DNA of 41,862 nt from a virus (IMGVR_UViG_3300037047_000329:1-41862), one strand, 5' to 3'. Positions 10,436-19,431 are shown, numbered from the stretch's first letter. The notes: generated by a model from the sequence alone, not told the origin. A program made the numbers and translations.

Positions 10436-10471
10436 GCAAGTTGGGAAGTAATTGCTGCTAAAAAAAGGACA
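10436..10471 (-). promoter_or_regulatory. Late promoter motif copy 1 (tail operon)
   Basis: Minus strand GTCCTTTTTTTAGCAGCAATTACTTCCCAACTTGC; identical to 19366-19401. Confidence 0.7.
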
Positions 10472-10491
10472 AGAAAATAAGTTATATTTTT

Positions 10492-10514
10492 AAAAAAACC
10501 ACTCCGAAAAGTGG
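10492..10514 (-). terminator. Intrinsic terminator after lysis operon
   Basis: Minus strand CCACT-TTTCGG-AGTGG then T tract. Confidence 0.6.
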
Positions 10515-10548
10515 CTTAAAATGTAGAGAAAGTGTAATGTTCAAAAGT

Positions 10549-10567
10549 TCCTGAAATAAATTCAGGA
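10549..10567. repeat. REP-like palindrome
   Basis: tcctgaa-ataaa-ttcagga, resembling an interspersed palindrome family recalled from flavobacterial genomes. Confidence 0.4.
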
Positions 10568-10586
10568 CAAGGTATTTAGCAGAATA

Positions 10587-10724
10587 TTATTTTTTGTCTG
10601 GATTTTCCTGAAGCTTACGTTCGGCTCTCCAGCTTTTTGCCCAGAGTGCCACATTTAAAATTGTCGCTTTGTTATTTACAGCGTTTTTTTCAATGGTTTG
10701 AATAAGTTTTTCGAAAGTGTCCAT
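10587..10724 (-). CDS. Small ORF, 45 aa (not in ORF track)
   Basis: MDTFEKLIQTIEKNAVNNKATILNVALWAKSWRAERKLQENPDKK; co-oriented, 15 bp after spanin. Confidence 0.5.
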   Translation of the reverse strand: MDTFEKLIQTIEKNAVNNKATILNVALWAKSWRAERKLQENPDKK

Positions 10725-10739
10725 TGCATAAATTTTAAG

Positions 10740-11315
10740 TTATTTCTTTTTTATTATGTTTCTGAGGCGTGCAATTAAACTAAACTTATTATTCAACCAC
10801 CAACCACCGGCAACAATGGCTATTATTGCGGTGATCCAAATGTAGAAGGATAATGATGGACCAGTTTTTTTTACATCTAGTTTTAGGGTTTTGGCACGTT
10901 CTTTATGAAGTTCTTCGAGTTTTACGTTGGCTTTTTTATCGATGGTTTCAATAAATGCTTCGGCTTTGTTTACTATTTTATTTAGGGTTGTTTCTTTTTC
11001 TGTGACAGTTGCCTTGCCGGTTCCTGTGATGATGGTTTCTGAAATTATTTTGCCGTCGGCGCCTTTTTCAATGACTTTTAGGCTGTCGCCTTTTTTGCCC
11101 TGGTATTCAATTACTTTTTCTTTTTGGGTTTCTTTTTCGGCAACAACTTCAACTTTATTTTTTTCTGAAGTAATTTTTGAAAAGGTAACACTATCCAGTT
11201 TGCGTTTTATTTCAATATCTGATTTTGTTTTTTCGAGTTGCTTTTTTTTGCTTCCGCAGGAAACTAAGAAAGATGCCAGTAAAAGGATTGCGATAAATTT
11301 TATAATGTTTTTCAT
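10740..11315 (-). CDS. Putative unimolecular spanin
   Basis: Lipoprotein signal ending LVS-C20 plus C-terminal TM helix FYIWITAIIAIVAGGWWL and basic tail; follows holin and endolysin. Confidence 0.7.
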   Translation of the reverse strand: MKNIIKFIAILLLASFLVSCGSKKKQLEKTKSDIEIKRKLDSVTFSKITSEKNKVEVVAEKETQKEKVIEYQGKKGDSLKVIEKGADGKIISETIITGTGKATVTEKETTLNKIVNKAEAFIETIDKKANVKLEELHKERAKTLKLDVKKTGPSLSFYIWITAIIAIVAGGWWLNNKFSLIARLRNIIKKK

Positions 11316-11341
11316 AATTCACTTATAAGTTAATTAATTAA

Positions 11342-11369
11342 CAGATTGCTTCACTGCGTTCGCAATGAC
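11342..11369. repeat. REP-like element
   Basis: cagattgcttcactgcgttcgcaatgac, imperfect palindrome of a type recalled as interspersed in Bacteroidota. Confidence 0.5.
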
Positions 11370-11372
11370 GTT

Positions 11373-11483
11373 TTATTCTGTTTTTGGATTGGACAAAATT
11401 TGTCCACAAGTTGAGCATACAATTACTGTTGTTTCTAAGGTAAAAGATGCTGAAATTACTTTTATGTGTGCGTTTTTTATCAT
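11373..11483 (-). CDS. Small ORF, 36 aa, with CxxC (not in ORF track)
   Basis: MIKNAHIKVISASFTLETTVIVCSTCGQILSNPKTE; starts 5 bp after endolysin stop. Confidence 0.45.
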   Translation of the reverse strand: MIKNAHIKVISASFTLETTVIVCSTCGQILSNPKTE

Positions 11484-11488
11484 TATAA

Positions 11489-12004
11489 TTAAGCCTCGTT
11501 ATGTGATATTGCTCCGGTTTTTCCCAGCGCAATAGTTCTTACGCTTGTTGGTTGTGAAAATTTCCATTTTGATCTACGAATACCTAAACATCTTGTTTTT
11601 AAAATACGAGTAACTGAAACCATATTGCCTTGGTTCCCACCTAAAACGTGGTAACACTCGCTATCTTCCCCAACATAAAAGCCAACGTGTCCGCCTGAGC
11701 CTCGCTCAAAAACCAATATATCACCCAACATTGCAACAGCTTGTTTAACGCCAAATTTTAGCCAGTTCCTTGCCCACAACGGATTTGCAACCACTTCTTT
11801 ATCGGCTCTTTTGCATACAATTGCAACGTATAAACCGCACCAGGGAATTTCATCACTGGTATAAACATTTTGCATCCCCAATTCTTTTGCCCATTGCATA
11901 ATTATTGGATTGTGTTGTTTGCCTATAATTTCTTTGATGCCTATATATTTTATAGCTTCTGTAATGATATTTGGACTGTTTGTTTTTAAATAATTGTAGC
12001 TCAT
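11489..12004 (-). CDS. Endolysin, TIGR02594-like CHAP/NlpC-P60 amidase
   Basis: DEIPWCG catalytic Cys, ARNW, GHVGFY His, LGGNQ motif. Confidence 0.85.
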   Translation of the reverse strand: MSYNYLKTNSPNIITEAIKYIGIKEIIGKQHNPIIMQWAKELGMQNVYTSDEIPWCGLYVAIVCKRADKEVVANPLWARNWLKFGVKQAVAMLGDILVFERGSGGHVGFYVGEDSECYHVLGGNQGNMVSVTRILKTRCLGIRRSKWKFSQPTSVRTIALGKTGAISHNEA

Positions 12005-12537
12005 TATTCTTCGTTTTTAGGTTCTTTTTTAAACAAATCATTTAAATCACCATCATTTTCATAGTTATATACTTTTTTCATCATCCATTTGGGTGGATAT
12101 TCGCCGTTGGATATAATAAAGATTGATTTTATTCCTTTTGATGCCGGGAAAAATAAGGTCATTACTTGTATGGAAAGCTCGAAGCCTTCAGCAATAATAT
12201 TGTCGCTTGCTATACCGCCAACCATTGATAATAAAAAGTAGGTAAAAATTACAATCACCAACATTTTGCCTGTTTTTATAAAAAATTCTTCCCAACTAAA
12301 TTGATTCAATATTTTATGCTTCCAAATACCAAATGCGCCCTGAATAATTACTATTAACAAAAAAAAAGTGACAAATTTTTTATTGTCCACAAACCAATAA
12401 CCGCCCAACTCAAACAAATACGCTATGGGACCAAAGGCCAGTAATATTTTTAGGTATGCAGGAAGTTTTTCTAAAAAACTAAAGCGATCATCGGCTACGT
12501 AGATGATGGAAAAGAACAGTGATTTTATTAGTTTCAT
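12004..12537 (-). CDS. Putative holin
   Basis: Three to four hydrophobic segments, charged C-terminus, TAATG-coupled to endolysin. Confidence 0.7.
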   Translation of the reverse strand: MKLIKSLFFSIIYVADDRFSFLEKLPAYLKILLAFGPIAYLFELGGYWFVDNKKFVTFFLLIVIIQGAFGIWKHKILNQFSWEEFFIKTGKMLVIVIFTYFLLSMVGGIASDNIIAEGFELSIQVMTLFFPASKGIKSIFIISNGEYPPKWMMKKVYNYENDGDLNDLFKKEPKNEE

Positions 12538-12569
12538 AACTATTTTTCTGTTTAAAGTGTGGGTATGAC

Positions 12570-12893
12570 TTATATTTTAATACTTTTTATACAATGGTTT
12601 TTGTCTAATTTATTTAAAAGCCAAACCAACGCTTTACCTGTTTTTGTGAGCGTTCCCAATTGTTGGTTTTTTCCTAATGCACTTGATATGGTTTCTTCGT
12701 TATAGCCAAAATGATAGCCGAATTCTGTTCTTAATTTTTTATTCCAAAGTGTGCGAAATTCTCGGTTGGCGAACTTATCCAAACTAACTGCCGAGCTTTT
12801 AAAATAACCTTTTTTGTTTTCGACCATAAAATAATTTATGACCGTTAATGGCAAAAAAAGCAGGTAGGCAATTGTAAATAGTAATGCGCCCAT
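12570..12893 (-). CDS. Conserved phage protein with N-terminal TM helix
   Basis: Likely start MGALLF at 12893 (TAATG overlap); ETISS.LG and LDKNHC motifs. Confidence 0.6.
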   Translation of the reverse strand: MGALLFTIAYLLFLPLTVINYFMVENKKGYFKSSAVSLDKFANREFRTLWNKKLRTEFGYHFGYNEETISSALGKNQQLGTLTKTGKALVWLLNKLDKNHCIKSIKI

Positions 12894-13255
12894 TATTCGC
12901 TGAACTCCCAATCTTGCGGAGTAAGTTTATAAATGGTTTTTCCGCTTTCTAATAGATTTGTTTGCGTGTCTATCATTAAACCAATCTTAATTTTTGCCCA
13001 TTCTTTTTGCGTTTTTGTGAATCCTGTAAAATCGGTTGTTGAATCTATATAGGCGCTTAATTGGTCTATTTGTTCGTTGCTATAACTGACTTCTTTTGCG
13101 CTGATAATTTCATCTTTACCATCAATAACAGCATAGTCATTCACTAAGTAAGTTGCGCCTGTTGGCGTTGCTGAATAGGAATGTATCACTATTTTAATTT
13201 TTGCTGTTTTATCGCTTCGGTCTCCGTAAACGATTGGCTGTTTTGTTTGTATCAT
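12893..13255 (-). CDS. Putative tail fibre assembly/accessory protein
   Basis: 120 aa directly downstream of tail fibre; positional. Confidence 0.45.
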   Translation of the reverse strand: MIQTKQPIVYGDRSDKTAKIKIVIHSYSATPTGATYLVNDYAVIDGKDEIISAKEVSYSNEQIDQLSAYIDSTTDFTGFTKTQKEWAKIKIGLMIDTQTNLLESGKTIYKLTPQDWEFSE

Positions 13256-13266
13256 AATATAAATTT

Positions 13267-16200
13267 TTAGTAAACTATCATTGAAATTCCTGTTGCTGTG
13301 CGATAATGTGTTCCTACTACCAAACCGCCTGCCAAAGCCGCTGCATTGTCTGCATAAATTGGTGTTGATAAATGCACTAAATAGCCATTTTCATCGACAT
13401 AAGTACGCAATGTTTCCAATTGCATATCTGTACCACTTGCAGTTTTTTGCCCTGTCCAGATTTCATAACGGCTTTTTCCAGTTCCTTTACCTGTACCTGC
13501 TTTTTGAATGAGTGTTCCGCCGTCTAAATTAACCGCACCAACGGAATCATTATTTTGCATATAAATATCCACATTATAAACTGATACATAAACATTGCCA
13601 TTTGGAGCAGCTGCCATACTTTGATAATTTCTATTGGTTTGTCCTAATGAAACGAAATTACCAGTACCATTTGTTTGCATATAAATAGTTCCTCCTTCAA
13701 CAACTGCATAAACATTACCATTTGGTGCAGATGCCATTCCCCTCCAGTTCCTGCTGGTTTGCCCTAACGCAACGAAATTACCAACGCCATTTGTTTGCAT
13801 ATAAATATCGCCATTAATAGCTGCCGCATAAACATTACCATTTGGTGCAACAGTTATCCCGTTCCAAGCTCTGCTGGTTTGCCCTAACGCAACGAAATTA
13901 CCAACGCCATTTGTTTGCATATAAATATCGCCACCATTAACTGAAGCATAAACATTACCATTTGGTGCAGCTGCAATACCCCTCCAATCTCTTCCAGTTT
14001 GTCCTAATGAAACGAAATTACCAGTACCATTTGTTTGCATATAAATAGTTCCTCCCCCAAACGCTGCCGCATAAACATTGCCATTTGGAGCAGCTGCCAT
14101 ACTATAAATTCCACCTATGGATTGCCCTAATGAAATAAAATCGCCAATACCGTTTGTTTGCATATAAATATCGATACCTGCGGCTGCATAAACATTACCA
14201 TTTGGTGCAGCTGCCATTCCCCTCCAATCTCTTACAGTTTGTCCTAAATCAAGGAAATTAGAATTTAAAATATAATTAATTGTTTTTCCCGCCGACACAA
14301 CTAAGTCACGTCCTTTCGTTGAAGAATTAGACATTTCAATTCCTATCTCTCTATTTGCTTGATAACCTAACGTAATATCTTTTGATGGTGTTTCTATTGT
14401 TCCAATCCCAAAGAATGTGCCTGTATCCCATAACCTACTATCTCCAAATAAATTTGTGCCAACATTTTTTAAAATTCTGTTTACCGTGCCTGTTATTAAA
14501 TTTTGTTTTAAGGCAACGTCATCAGTACCAGCAACGGTCATACTTTTGTTTGGCAAGGTGTAAGTGCGCACCGCAGTATTTGCGTTGGTAAAAAATGAAG
14601 TGAATGTATTGGCAACGTTTCTTAATCCAAGTTTTAGGTTTAAAAACGTTTTTTCACCGCTTACTGTTTGTACATCGGCTAATACCATATAGCCTGTTCC
14701 GCCACTTGCGGGGTGTGTGTGGCTTGTAATTTCGCCAGTTAGTTTTTCTTCAATTTCAGCCTTTGTAATATCGCTGTTTTTTTGAGCATCGTTTGGTGCT
14801 GTTGAAGGTGTAAATCCTAAAGCTGCAATAACATTGGCATAGGTTAAATTTGCTAAAAACCTTGTTACTGTAAAATATAGGTTTGTTGTACCCTCTGGAA
14901 GTTCATCGGTATTTGTTGCACCACTACCACCAACTGCATTAGGAATCCAAACGCTTTCTTCTGCATCCCAATTGTAGTTTAAAACATCGGCTGCTCCAAC
15001 CACATTCACTTGCGCGTAATCGCCTGCTTCACCTGTTGGGTTCGCTGCAACTAAAGCGGCAAAAGTTAGGTAAACGCCTTTAAAATGTTGGTTGTAGGCA
15101 GATGTATCTAATTTTGTGGCAAGCCCTGCATTTACGGCGTCAACTGTTGGGTATTTTTCGCCTGTGCCATCGGTAGCTAAACTGTTTTGTTTGTTGGCTA
15201 AATGTGCCAATACATTTGCTCCGTTGGTGGTTATCCAAGTTGAAGCTGCGTTCCACGCATTTAGTAATGCTTGGGTAATTTGCTCTAAAACGCTTAATTG
15301 TGCGTGCGTGTGGTTTGTGCCAGAAACTGCTTCGGTATCGGTTTGTTGTATGCGTACATTATCGAGATAAACGGTAGAGCCGGCTTTATCATTGTTCATC
15401 CAAAAATAGTTGTACTGGTAATTTCCCCACGAGGTAGCAAAGGCGCTTCCTGGTATGGTGATGGTTTGCCAAACGCCCGTTAAATAAGCATTGAAATTGT
15501 ATTGCCCGTGCGATACGGTAATATCACCGGTACGCATTGTGTTGGCAATCCAAAAAGAAAATCGCAAACGGTTTGCAGTGTTTGGCGTATCACACCATAC
15601 ATCAATAAGTACATCTTTTATAAAACGGCCTTCATAATTTACTCCGGCTGTTGCTGCAACAGATTGTTTGTTTACTAATTTTATAGATTTTGCACCGGAA
15701 GAAAACTTGGTGGTGTCTAATGTTCCGCTTGGGTAGGTCATATTCCATTCTCCGCCAGCTTCATTGGTTCCCTCGTTAAAAACCAATATTTCATTTAAAC
15801 CAGCAGGCTCTGTGGTATTGGCATCAACACGGAAAAAATTTATTAATACATAAGTGTCTAAATCAAACTCTTTTGGATAAGGAAATTCAACAGCATCGCC
15901 AGGCCAAACAATGATTTGTTCATTGGCATCAATTAAAAAGCTGTCGAAACGGTTGTAAACAGTGTCCGAAGCGCCTAAAGTTCTTTCGGCATAAATGGTG
16001 TTTGTGTGCAGTATTCCGTTAAAAATGTATTTTCGTACGGTAATTTTGAAGGTGTATGTGCCGGGAATCCATTGTATGGTGTAGTCGAGGACTTTGTTTT
16101 CGGTAAAAATATCTGTAAAAGTTAAAAATGGATTTATGCCATCATCACCATCGTTGGTGAGATCGCTTGTGTTTTTTAGCGTAAAAATCAGGTTGTATTG

Positions 16201-16635
16201 ACTGTTCTTCCATACGTAAGCTTTAAAATTATCTAAGGTGATATAAATCATATTTTCAAGTCCGGGTGCAGGAAGCAAAGAAATTGTTTCCACGAACTTT
16301 ACATTTTCGGCAACGGAATTAATTACCCAAACCATATCATTATTGTCCCATAAAGCCAATTGCGGCGTTGCACCAATACCGGAATCAATTATTGCGAGGG
16401 CGTTTAACGTCCCGGTTGGATATGCGGCCTGCAATAATGCCAAAGAAGTAAAGAAACCATAGAATGGTTTTCCGGACTCAGTGGTCTTCATTGCATCAAT
16501 CTTATCGGCGTGATCGTTTAAAATCTCAGCGGTTTCAATATAATCTTCGGCAGTGGCTTCGTGCAAGCGATTGCCAACCGGATTGATATTTATTTTGTTG
16601 GTTAATTCAGGACTTGGTCTTTTTGCTGCTGCCAT
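13267..16635 (-). CDS. Tail fibre / receptor-binding protein
   Basis: 1122 aa modular; HTH metal-binding fibre motifs (NHTHA, SHTHP), CBM-like beta-sandwich, six 40-aa propeller repeats near C-terminus. Confidence 0.8.
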   Translation of the reverse strand: MAAAKRPSPELTNKININPVGNRLHEATAEDYIETAEILNDHADKIDAMKTTESGKPFYGFFTSLALLQAAYPTGTLNALAIIDSGIGATPQLALWDNNDMVWVINSVAENVKFVETISLLPAPGLENMIYITLDNFKAYVWKNSQYNLIFTLKNTSDLTNDGDDGINPFLTFTDIFTENKVLDYTIQWIPGTYTFKITVRKYIFNGILHTNTIYAERTLGASDTVYNRFDSFLIDANEQIIVWPGDAVEFPYPKEFDLDTYVLINFFRVDANTTEPAGLNEILVFNEGTNEAGGEWNMTYPSGTLDTTKFSSGAKSIKLVNKQSVAATAGVNYEGRFIKDVLIDVWCDTPNTANRLRFSFWIANTMRTGDITVSHGQYNFNAYLTGVWQTITIPGSAFATSWGNYQYNYFWMNNDKAGSTVYLDNVRIQQTDTEAVSGTNHTHAQLSVLEQITQALLNAWNAASTWITTNGANVLAHLANKQNSLATDGTGEKYPTVDAVNAGLATKLDTSAYNQHFKGVYLTFAALVAANPTGEAGDYAQVNVVGAADVLNYNWDAEESVWIPNAVGGSGATNTDELPEGTTNLYFTVTRFLANLTYANVIAALGFTPSTAPNDAQKNSDITKAEIEEKLTGEITSHTHPASGGTGYMVLADVQTVSGEKTFLNLKLGLRNVANTFTSFFTNANTAVRTYTLPNKSMTVAGTDDVALKQNLITGTVNRILKNVGTNLFGDSRLWDTGTFFGIGTIETPSKDITLGYQANREIGIEMSNSSTKGRDLVVSAGKTINYILNSNFLDLGQTVRDWRGMAAAPNGNVYAAAGIDIYMQTNGIGDFISLGQSIGGIYSMAAAPNGNVYAAAFGGGTIYMQTNGTGNFVSLGQTGRDWRGIAAAPNGNVYASVNGGDIYMQTNGVGNFVALGQTSRAWNGITVAPNGNVYAAAINGDIYMQTNGVGNFVALGQTSRNWRGMASAPNGNVYAVVEGGTIYMQTNGTGNFVSLGQTNRNYQSMAAAPNGNVYVSVYNVDIYMQNNDSVGAVNLDGGTLIQKAGTGKGTGKSRYEIWTGQKTASGTDMQLETLRTYVDENGYLVHLSTPIYADNAAALAGGLVVGTHYRTATGISMIVY
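13545..14262 (-). repeat. Six tandem ~120-bp repeats encoding beta-propeller blades
   Basis: Unit NFVxLGQTxRxWxGMAAAPNGNVYAxxxGGDIYMQTNGxG; ataaata recurs at 13561, 13681, 13801, 13921, 14041. Confidence 0.92.
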
Positions 16636-16651
16636 TTTAATAATTTTATCG

Positions 16652-16686
16652 TAAATATTGTTGTTTATTTAGCCTAATAAAAGGAC
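16652..16686 (-). promoter_or_regulatory. Late promoter motif copy 2 (fibre and lysis operon)
   Basis: GTCCTTTTATTAGGCTAAATAAACAACAATATTTA. Confidence 0.6.
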
Positions 16687-16705
16687 ACTTCGACTACGCT
16701 CAGTG
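16686..16705. repeat. REP-like element
   Basis: cacttcgactacgctcagtg, CTTCGAC..CGCTCAG type recalled from flavobacterial genomes. Confidence 0.5.
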
Positions 16706-16741
16706 CAGGCCCTTTTTTAACTTGTTTTTAGTTTATATTTA

Positions 16742-17677
16742 TCAAAAACTAACGGTGCTTTTAGTGTTGTACGGCGCAACAAAAGTTGCATCTGTCTTTT
16801 TTTCATAAGCGGTAAAAAGTGTTGGATTTGCTTCAATAATGGCCAATGCTTTTTTAAAATATTCTTCACCGGCGCTTAAACGTTCATCTTTTAAAGCTTT
16901 AAGCTGAAACTGCTCCAGCGTTTTTGTTTTATATCCAGGATATTCATCGGCTTTTTGGAAAATGCCGGTGGCCGTAATTTCAAACGCACCACTGTCAACC
17001 ATTTTAGCAACTGCGTAATTTACTTGTGATGCCTGTAAAAACTCCAACACTTTTTTATGTGCCGGTTCTACAGCCAAATTGATAGTGACAATGGTTTCTT
17101 CATTTAGTTGCGATGTGAAATAATTGTGATGTGCATCGCGCAAACAAGGTCGCAAAGCCAAAAAGGTGCGGCGCGAGTTTGATATATTAAACCATTCGTT
17201 AAAGGTATCGGTGCGTTTTACAAAGAATTCTTTAAAAGTTGTGTATCCGGCTGTTGCGCTCCAGCCTGTAAAAGAAGCTTCGTTGGCTTCCATAATTTTT
17301 AAAGCTTCATCCAGCGCCTGCAATCCGGCTTCTAAAAAAGAGCGGGAAAGGTCGCGTATTTGCCACCACTCGGCTGCCTTATAACTTTCGCCTTGTGCCA
17401 CAGAAATACCGGTGTCGCTTACTTGTACTTGCTGCAAAGGCAAATATAAAAACTGCGCAAGGTTGGCGGATGCTTCGCACAAAAGATCATATACTTTTAA
17501 AGGAATGCCTGTTGGTGCTGTTGTGGCATAAGCATCGTATAAAGTATCGCCAATCAGGTTTTTAATATATTTTCTGTCGGCTTGTTTTATGTATGGTTCA
17601 ATGCTTTCAAAAGCGGTGTTGGTGTTAACGGAAACATATTTTTTAACATCGTCAAGCGTTTTTATAAGTGTGGCCAT
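16742..17677 (-). CDS. Putative head-tail adaptor (DUF6712-like)
   Basis: 311 aa with internal duplication (two helical halves ending A.EALDE / AGEEYFK), coupled to portal. Confidence 0.55.
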   Translation of the reverse strand: MATLIKTLDDVKKYVSVNTNTAFESIEPYIKQADRKYIKNLIGDTLYDAYATTAPTGIPLKVYDLLCEASANLAQFLYLPLQQVQVSDTGISVAQGESYKAAEWWQIRDLSRSFLEAGLQALDEALKIMEANEASFTGWSATAGYTTFKEFFVKRTDTFNEWFNISNSRRTFLALRPCLRDAHHNYFTSQLNEETIVTINLAVEPAHKKVLEFLQASQVNYAVAKMVDSGAFEITATGIFQKADEYPGYKTKTLEQFQLKALKDERLSAGEEYFKKALAIIEANPTLFTAYEKKTDATFVAPYNTKSTVSF

Positions 17678-19014
17678 TAAAATTGAGTTTGAGTACCGGT
17701 AGGATTTTTATCCAAGGTGGTTAATACTGTATCTGCAAATGCGCCTTCCAACTCTTGATCCCAACCGTTAAAGTCGCGGATTAAGTACCAAGGCTCTAAA
17801 GTAATGGCGCGTTTTGTTTTGAAAAGCGAGGTTAAAATGCTGAAAGCTTCGCGCTTATCGGATCCGGAACCGGTATTCATTTTTCCTCCAGGAATACCGG
17901 CGCCCAATAAAGAAGGATCAACACCCATTGCGAACATAATTTCACTGTTGGCGGCTGATGCTTCAGGCAAATAAGAGCCGTCTTTTAACACATCATCAAT
18001 AGCCACCACTTCAATTCCTTTAACCCATTCACCGTTAATGTCTTTAAATACTACGGACTGAATAGATTTGCCGGCATTTTTATTTCCGCTTAAATGATCA
18101 TCAATTGCCTGGGTAAGCTGATCGCGCAATAGTTTCTTTTTTTCGGGTGTATAATCGTTCCACTCGTTTAAGTACATCCGGGTAAAATACTCTTCGGATA
18201 TGTACACCATATACTTCAAATTCAGTTGATTTTGAAACAGATTCTTTTTATATTCAGGAATTGAATTTGCCACTTCCATCCAACCATTATGATACACCGC
18301 GTGCCAATCGACCTGCGGATAATAGGTTTCAGACATCAGCGGATAAAACAAAGGCATTATAAATTTATGTATGTTCTTTTTTTTGCAGTATTCGCGCACT
18401 TGCTCGGCATTCCAATAACTGTCGATAATAGGAATCTTTGAAACAAATTCGCTTTCGGGCGTGGTGTTGCTAAGCCAGTTATGACAGAAATATACGTTTT
18501 CAATTAAGCCCGTTTTGGCATTAATTTTTTCATATCTATTTTTTGCAGCAGGTTGCCTGCGGATGGAAACGATTTTTGAAAAATCTTTGCTGAGAATAAA
18601 CTCGGGAAAAGCAATGTAAAAAGTTTCATTGTCGGCAATGGATTCCGTCCAATAGCGGTCCATTTTAACATCACGAAAAAACTGATAAATTTCGGGATAT
18701 TCTTTTTTGATATCAACCAAGGTTTTTTTAGATTTTCCGTCTTCCATTGTTTCTTTATACAAATGAAAGCCTTGGCCGTAATGGGTGGCTTTTAAAACGC
18801 GAAGCGCGCCACCGCCGGCACCGTTTAATTTAAGAGCGCCAAGAAATGTTTGCGGATACATATTGTCATCGCCCCATTTAGCAATTGCGCCAGAAGATTT
18901 ATCATCGGGGTTTTGGATGGTGTGCGGTTCTTGTTTAGGATCTTTTCCAAAAGCGAAAGCCGTTGAACTTTGAACGCCGTAGGCAGTATTGCCGTGATAT
19001 AAAATCGTGCTCAT
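17677..19014 (-). CDS. Portal protein
   Basis: 445 aa; WGDDNMYPQ, YYPQVDW, IMFAMGVDPSLLG motifs typical of Bacteroidota phage portals. Confidence 0.8.
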   Translation of the reverse strand: MSTILYHGNTAYGVQSSTAFAFGKDPKQEPHTIQNPDDKSSGAIAKWGDDNMYPQTFLGALKLNGAGGGALRVLKATHYGQGFHLYKETMEDGKSKKTLVDIKKEYPEIYQFFRDVKMDRYWTESIADNETFYIAFPEFILSKDFSKIVSIRRQPAAKNRYEKINAKTGLIENVYFCHNWLSNTTPESEFVSKIPIIDSYWNAEQVREYCKKKNIHKFIMPLFYPLMSETYYPQVDWHAVYHNGWMEVANSIPEYKKNLFQNQLNLKYMVYISEEYFTRMYLNEWNDYTPEKKKLLRDQLTQAIDDHLSGNKNAGKSIQSVVFKDINGEWVKGIEVVAIDDVLKDGSYLPEASAANSEIMFAMGVDPSLLGAGIPGGKMNTGSGSDKREAFSILTSLFKTKRAITLEPWYLIRDFNGWDQELEGAFADTVLTTLDKNPTGTQTQF

Positions 19015-19361
19015 TAATAAATTACTTTTTGGTGGTTAAATTCGATAATGTACCGGATGTTTATTTTGCGTTTTTCGCCTGTTGGCAAGCTTAGATTGCG
19101 CGTTTTGTTTTCAAAATGATTAGGATTTTTGCGATTAACCACTGGTTTTGGTTTGCTGCGAAGTGATTCAATGGAATTGTGGTTTTTAGATTCTTCTTTC
19201 ATCACCAATTTTGCAACCGGGTAATGTTTTAAAGCGCCACCCGTTTTTGAAAACTTATTGTATGTTCTAACCTTTATGTCAAAAAGCGGTGCTTCGCCTT
19301 TGGCATTAAGTGTTTTCATTTGAGAAAGCACATCTTTTAAATAGATAGTTGTTGCAGACAT
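19014..19361 (-). CDS. Conserved hypothetical phage protein before portal
   Basis: 115 aa, NPNHFENKTRN and IIEFN motifs; TAATG-coupled to portal. Confidence 0.65.
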   Translation of the reverse strand: MSATTIYLKDVLSQMKTLNAKGEAPLFDIKVRTYNKFSKTGGALKHYPVAKLVMKEESKNHNSIESLRSKPKPVVNRKNPNHFENKTRNLSLPTGEKRKINIRYIIEFNHQKVIY

Positions 19362-19365
19362 AAGG

Positions 19366-19401
19366 GCAAGTTGGGAAGTAATTGCTGCTAAAAAAAGGAC
19401 A
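19366..19401 (-). promoter_or_regulatory. Late promoter motif copy 3 (portal operon)
   Basis: Identical to 10436-10471; ATG at motif position 40. Confidence 0.7.
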
Positions 19402-19402
19402 T

Positions 19403-19431
19403 AAAAAAAACAGCTTGTGTAAAGCTGTTTT
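19403..19431 (-). terminator. Intrinsic terminator
   Basis: aaaacagctt-gtgta-aagctgtttt with A8 tract on + strand. Confidence 0.75.

Noticed and set aside
10927-11328. Embedded Rz1-like o-spanin
   Set aside because: ORF is antisense with no lipobox; the sense gene already has both anchors
11338-11532. 64-aa ORF ending RHCERSEAIC
   Set aside because: Overlaps endolysin out of frame; its tail is just the translated REP-like element
13267-16635. Diversity-generating retroelement acting on the tail fibre
   Set aside because: No reverse transcriptase or non-coding template repeat in the window; repeat differences are not adenine-specific
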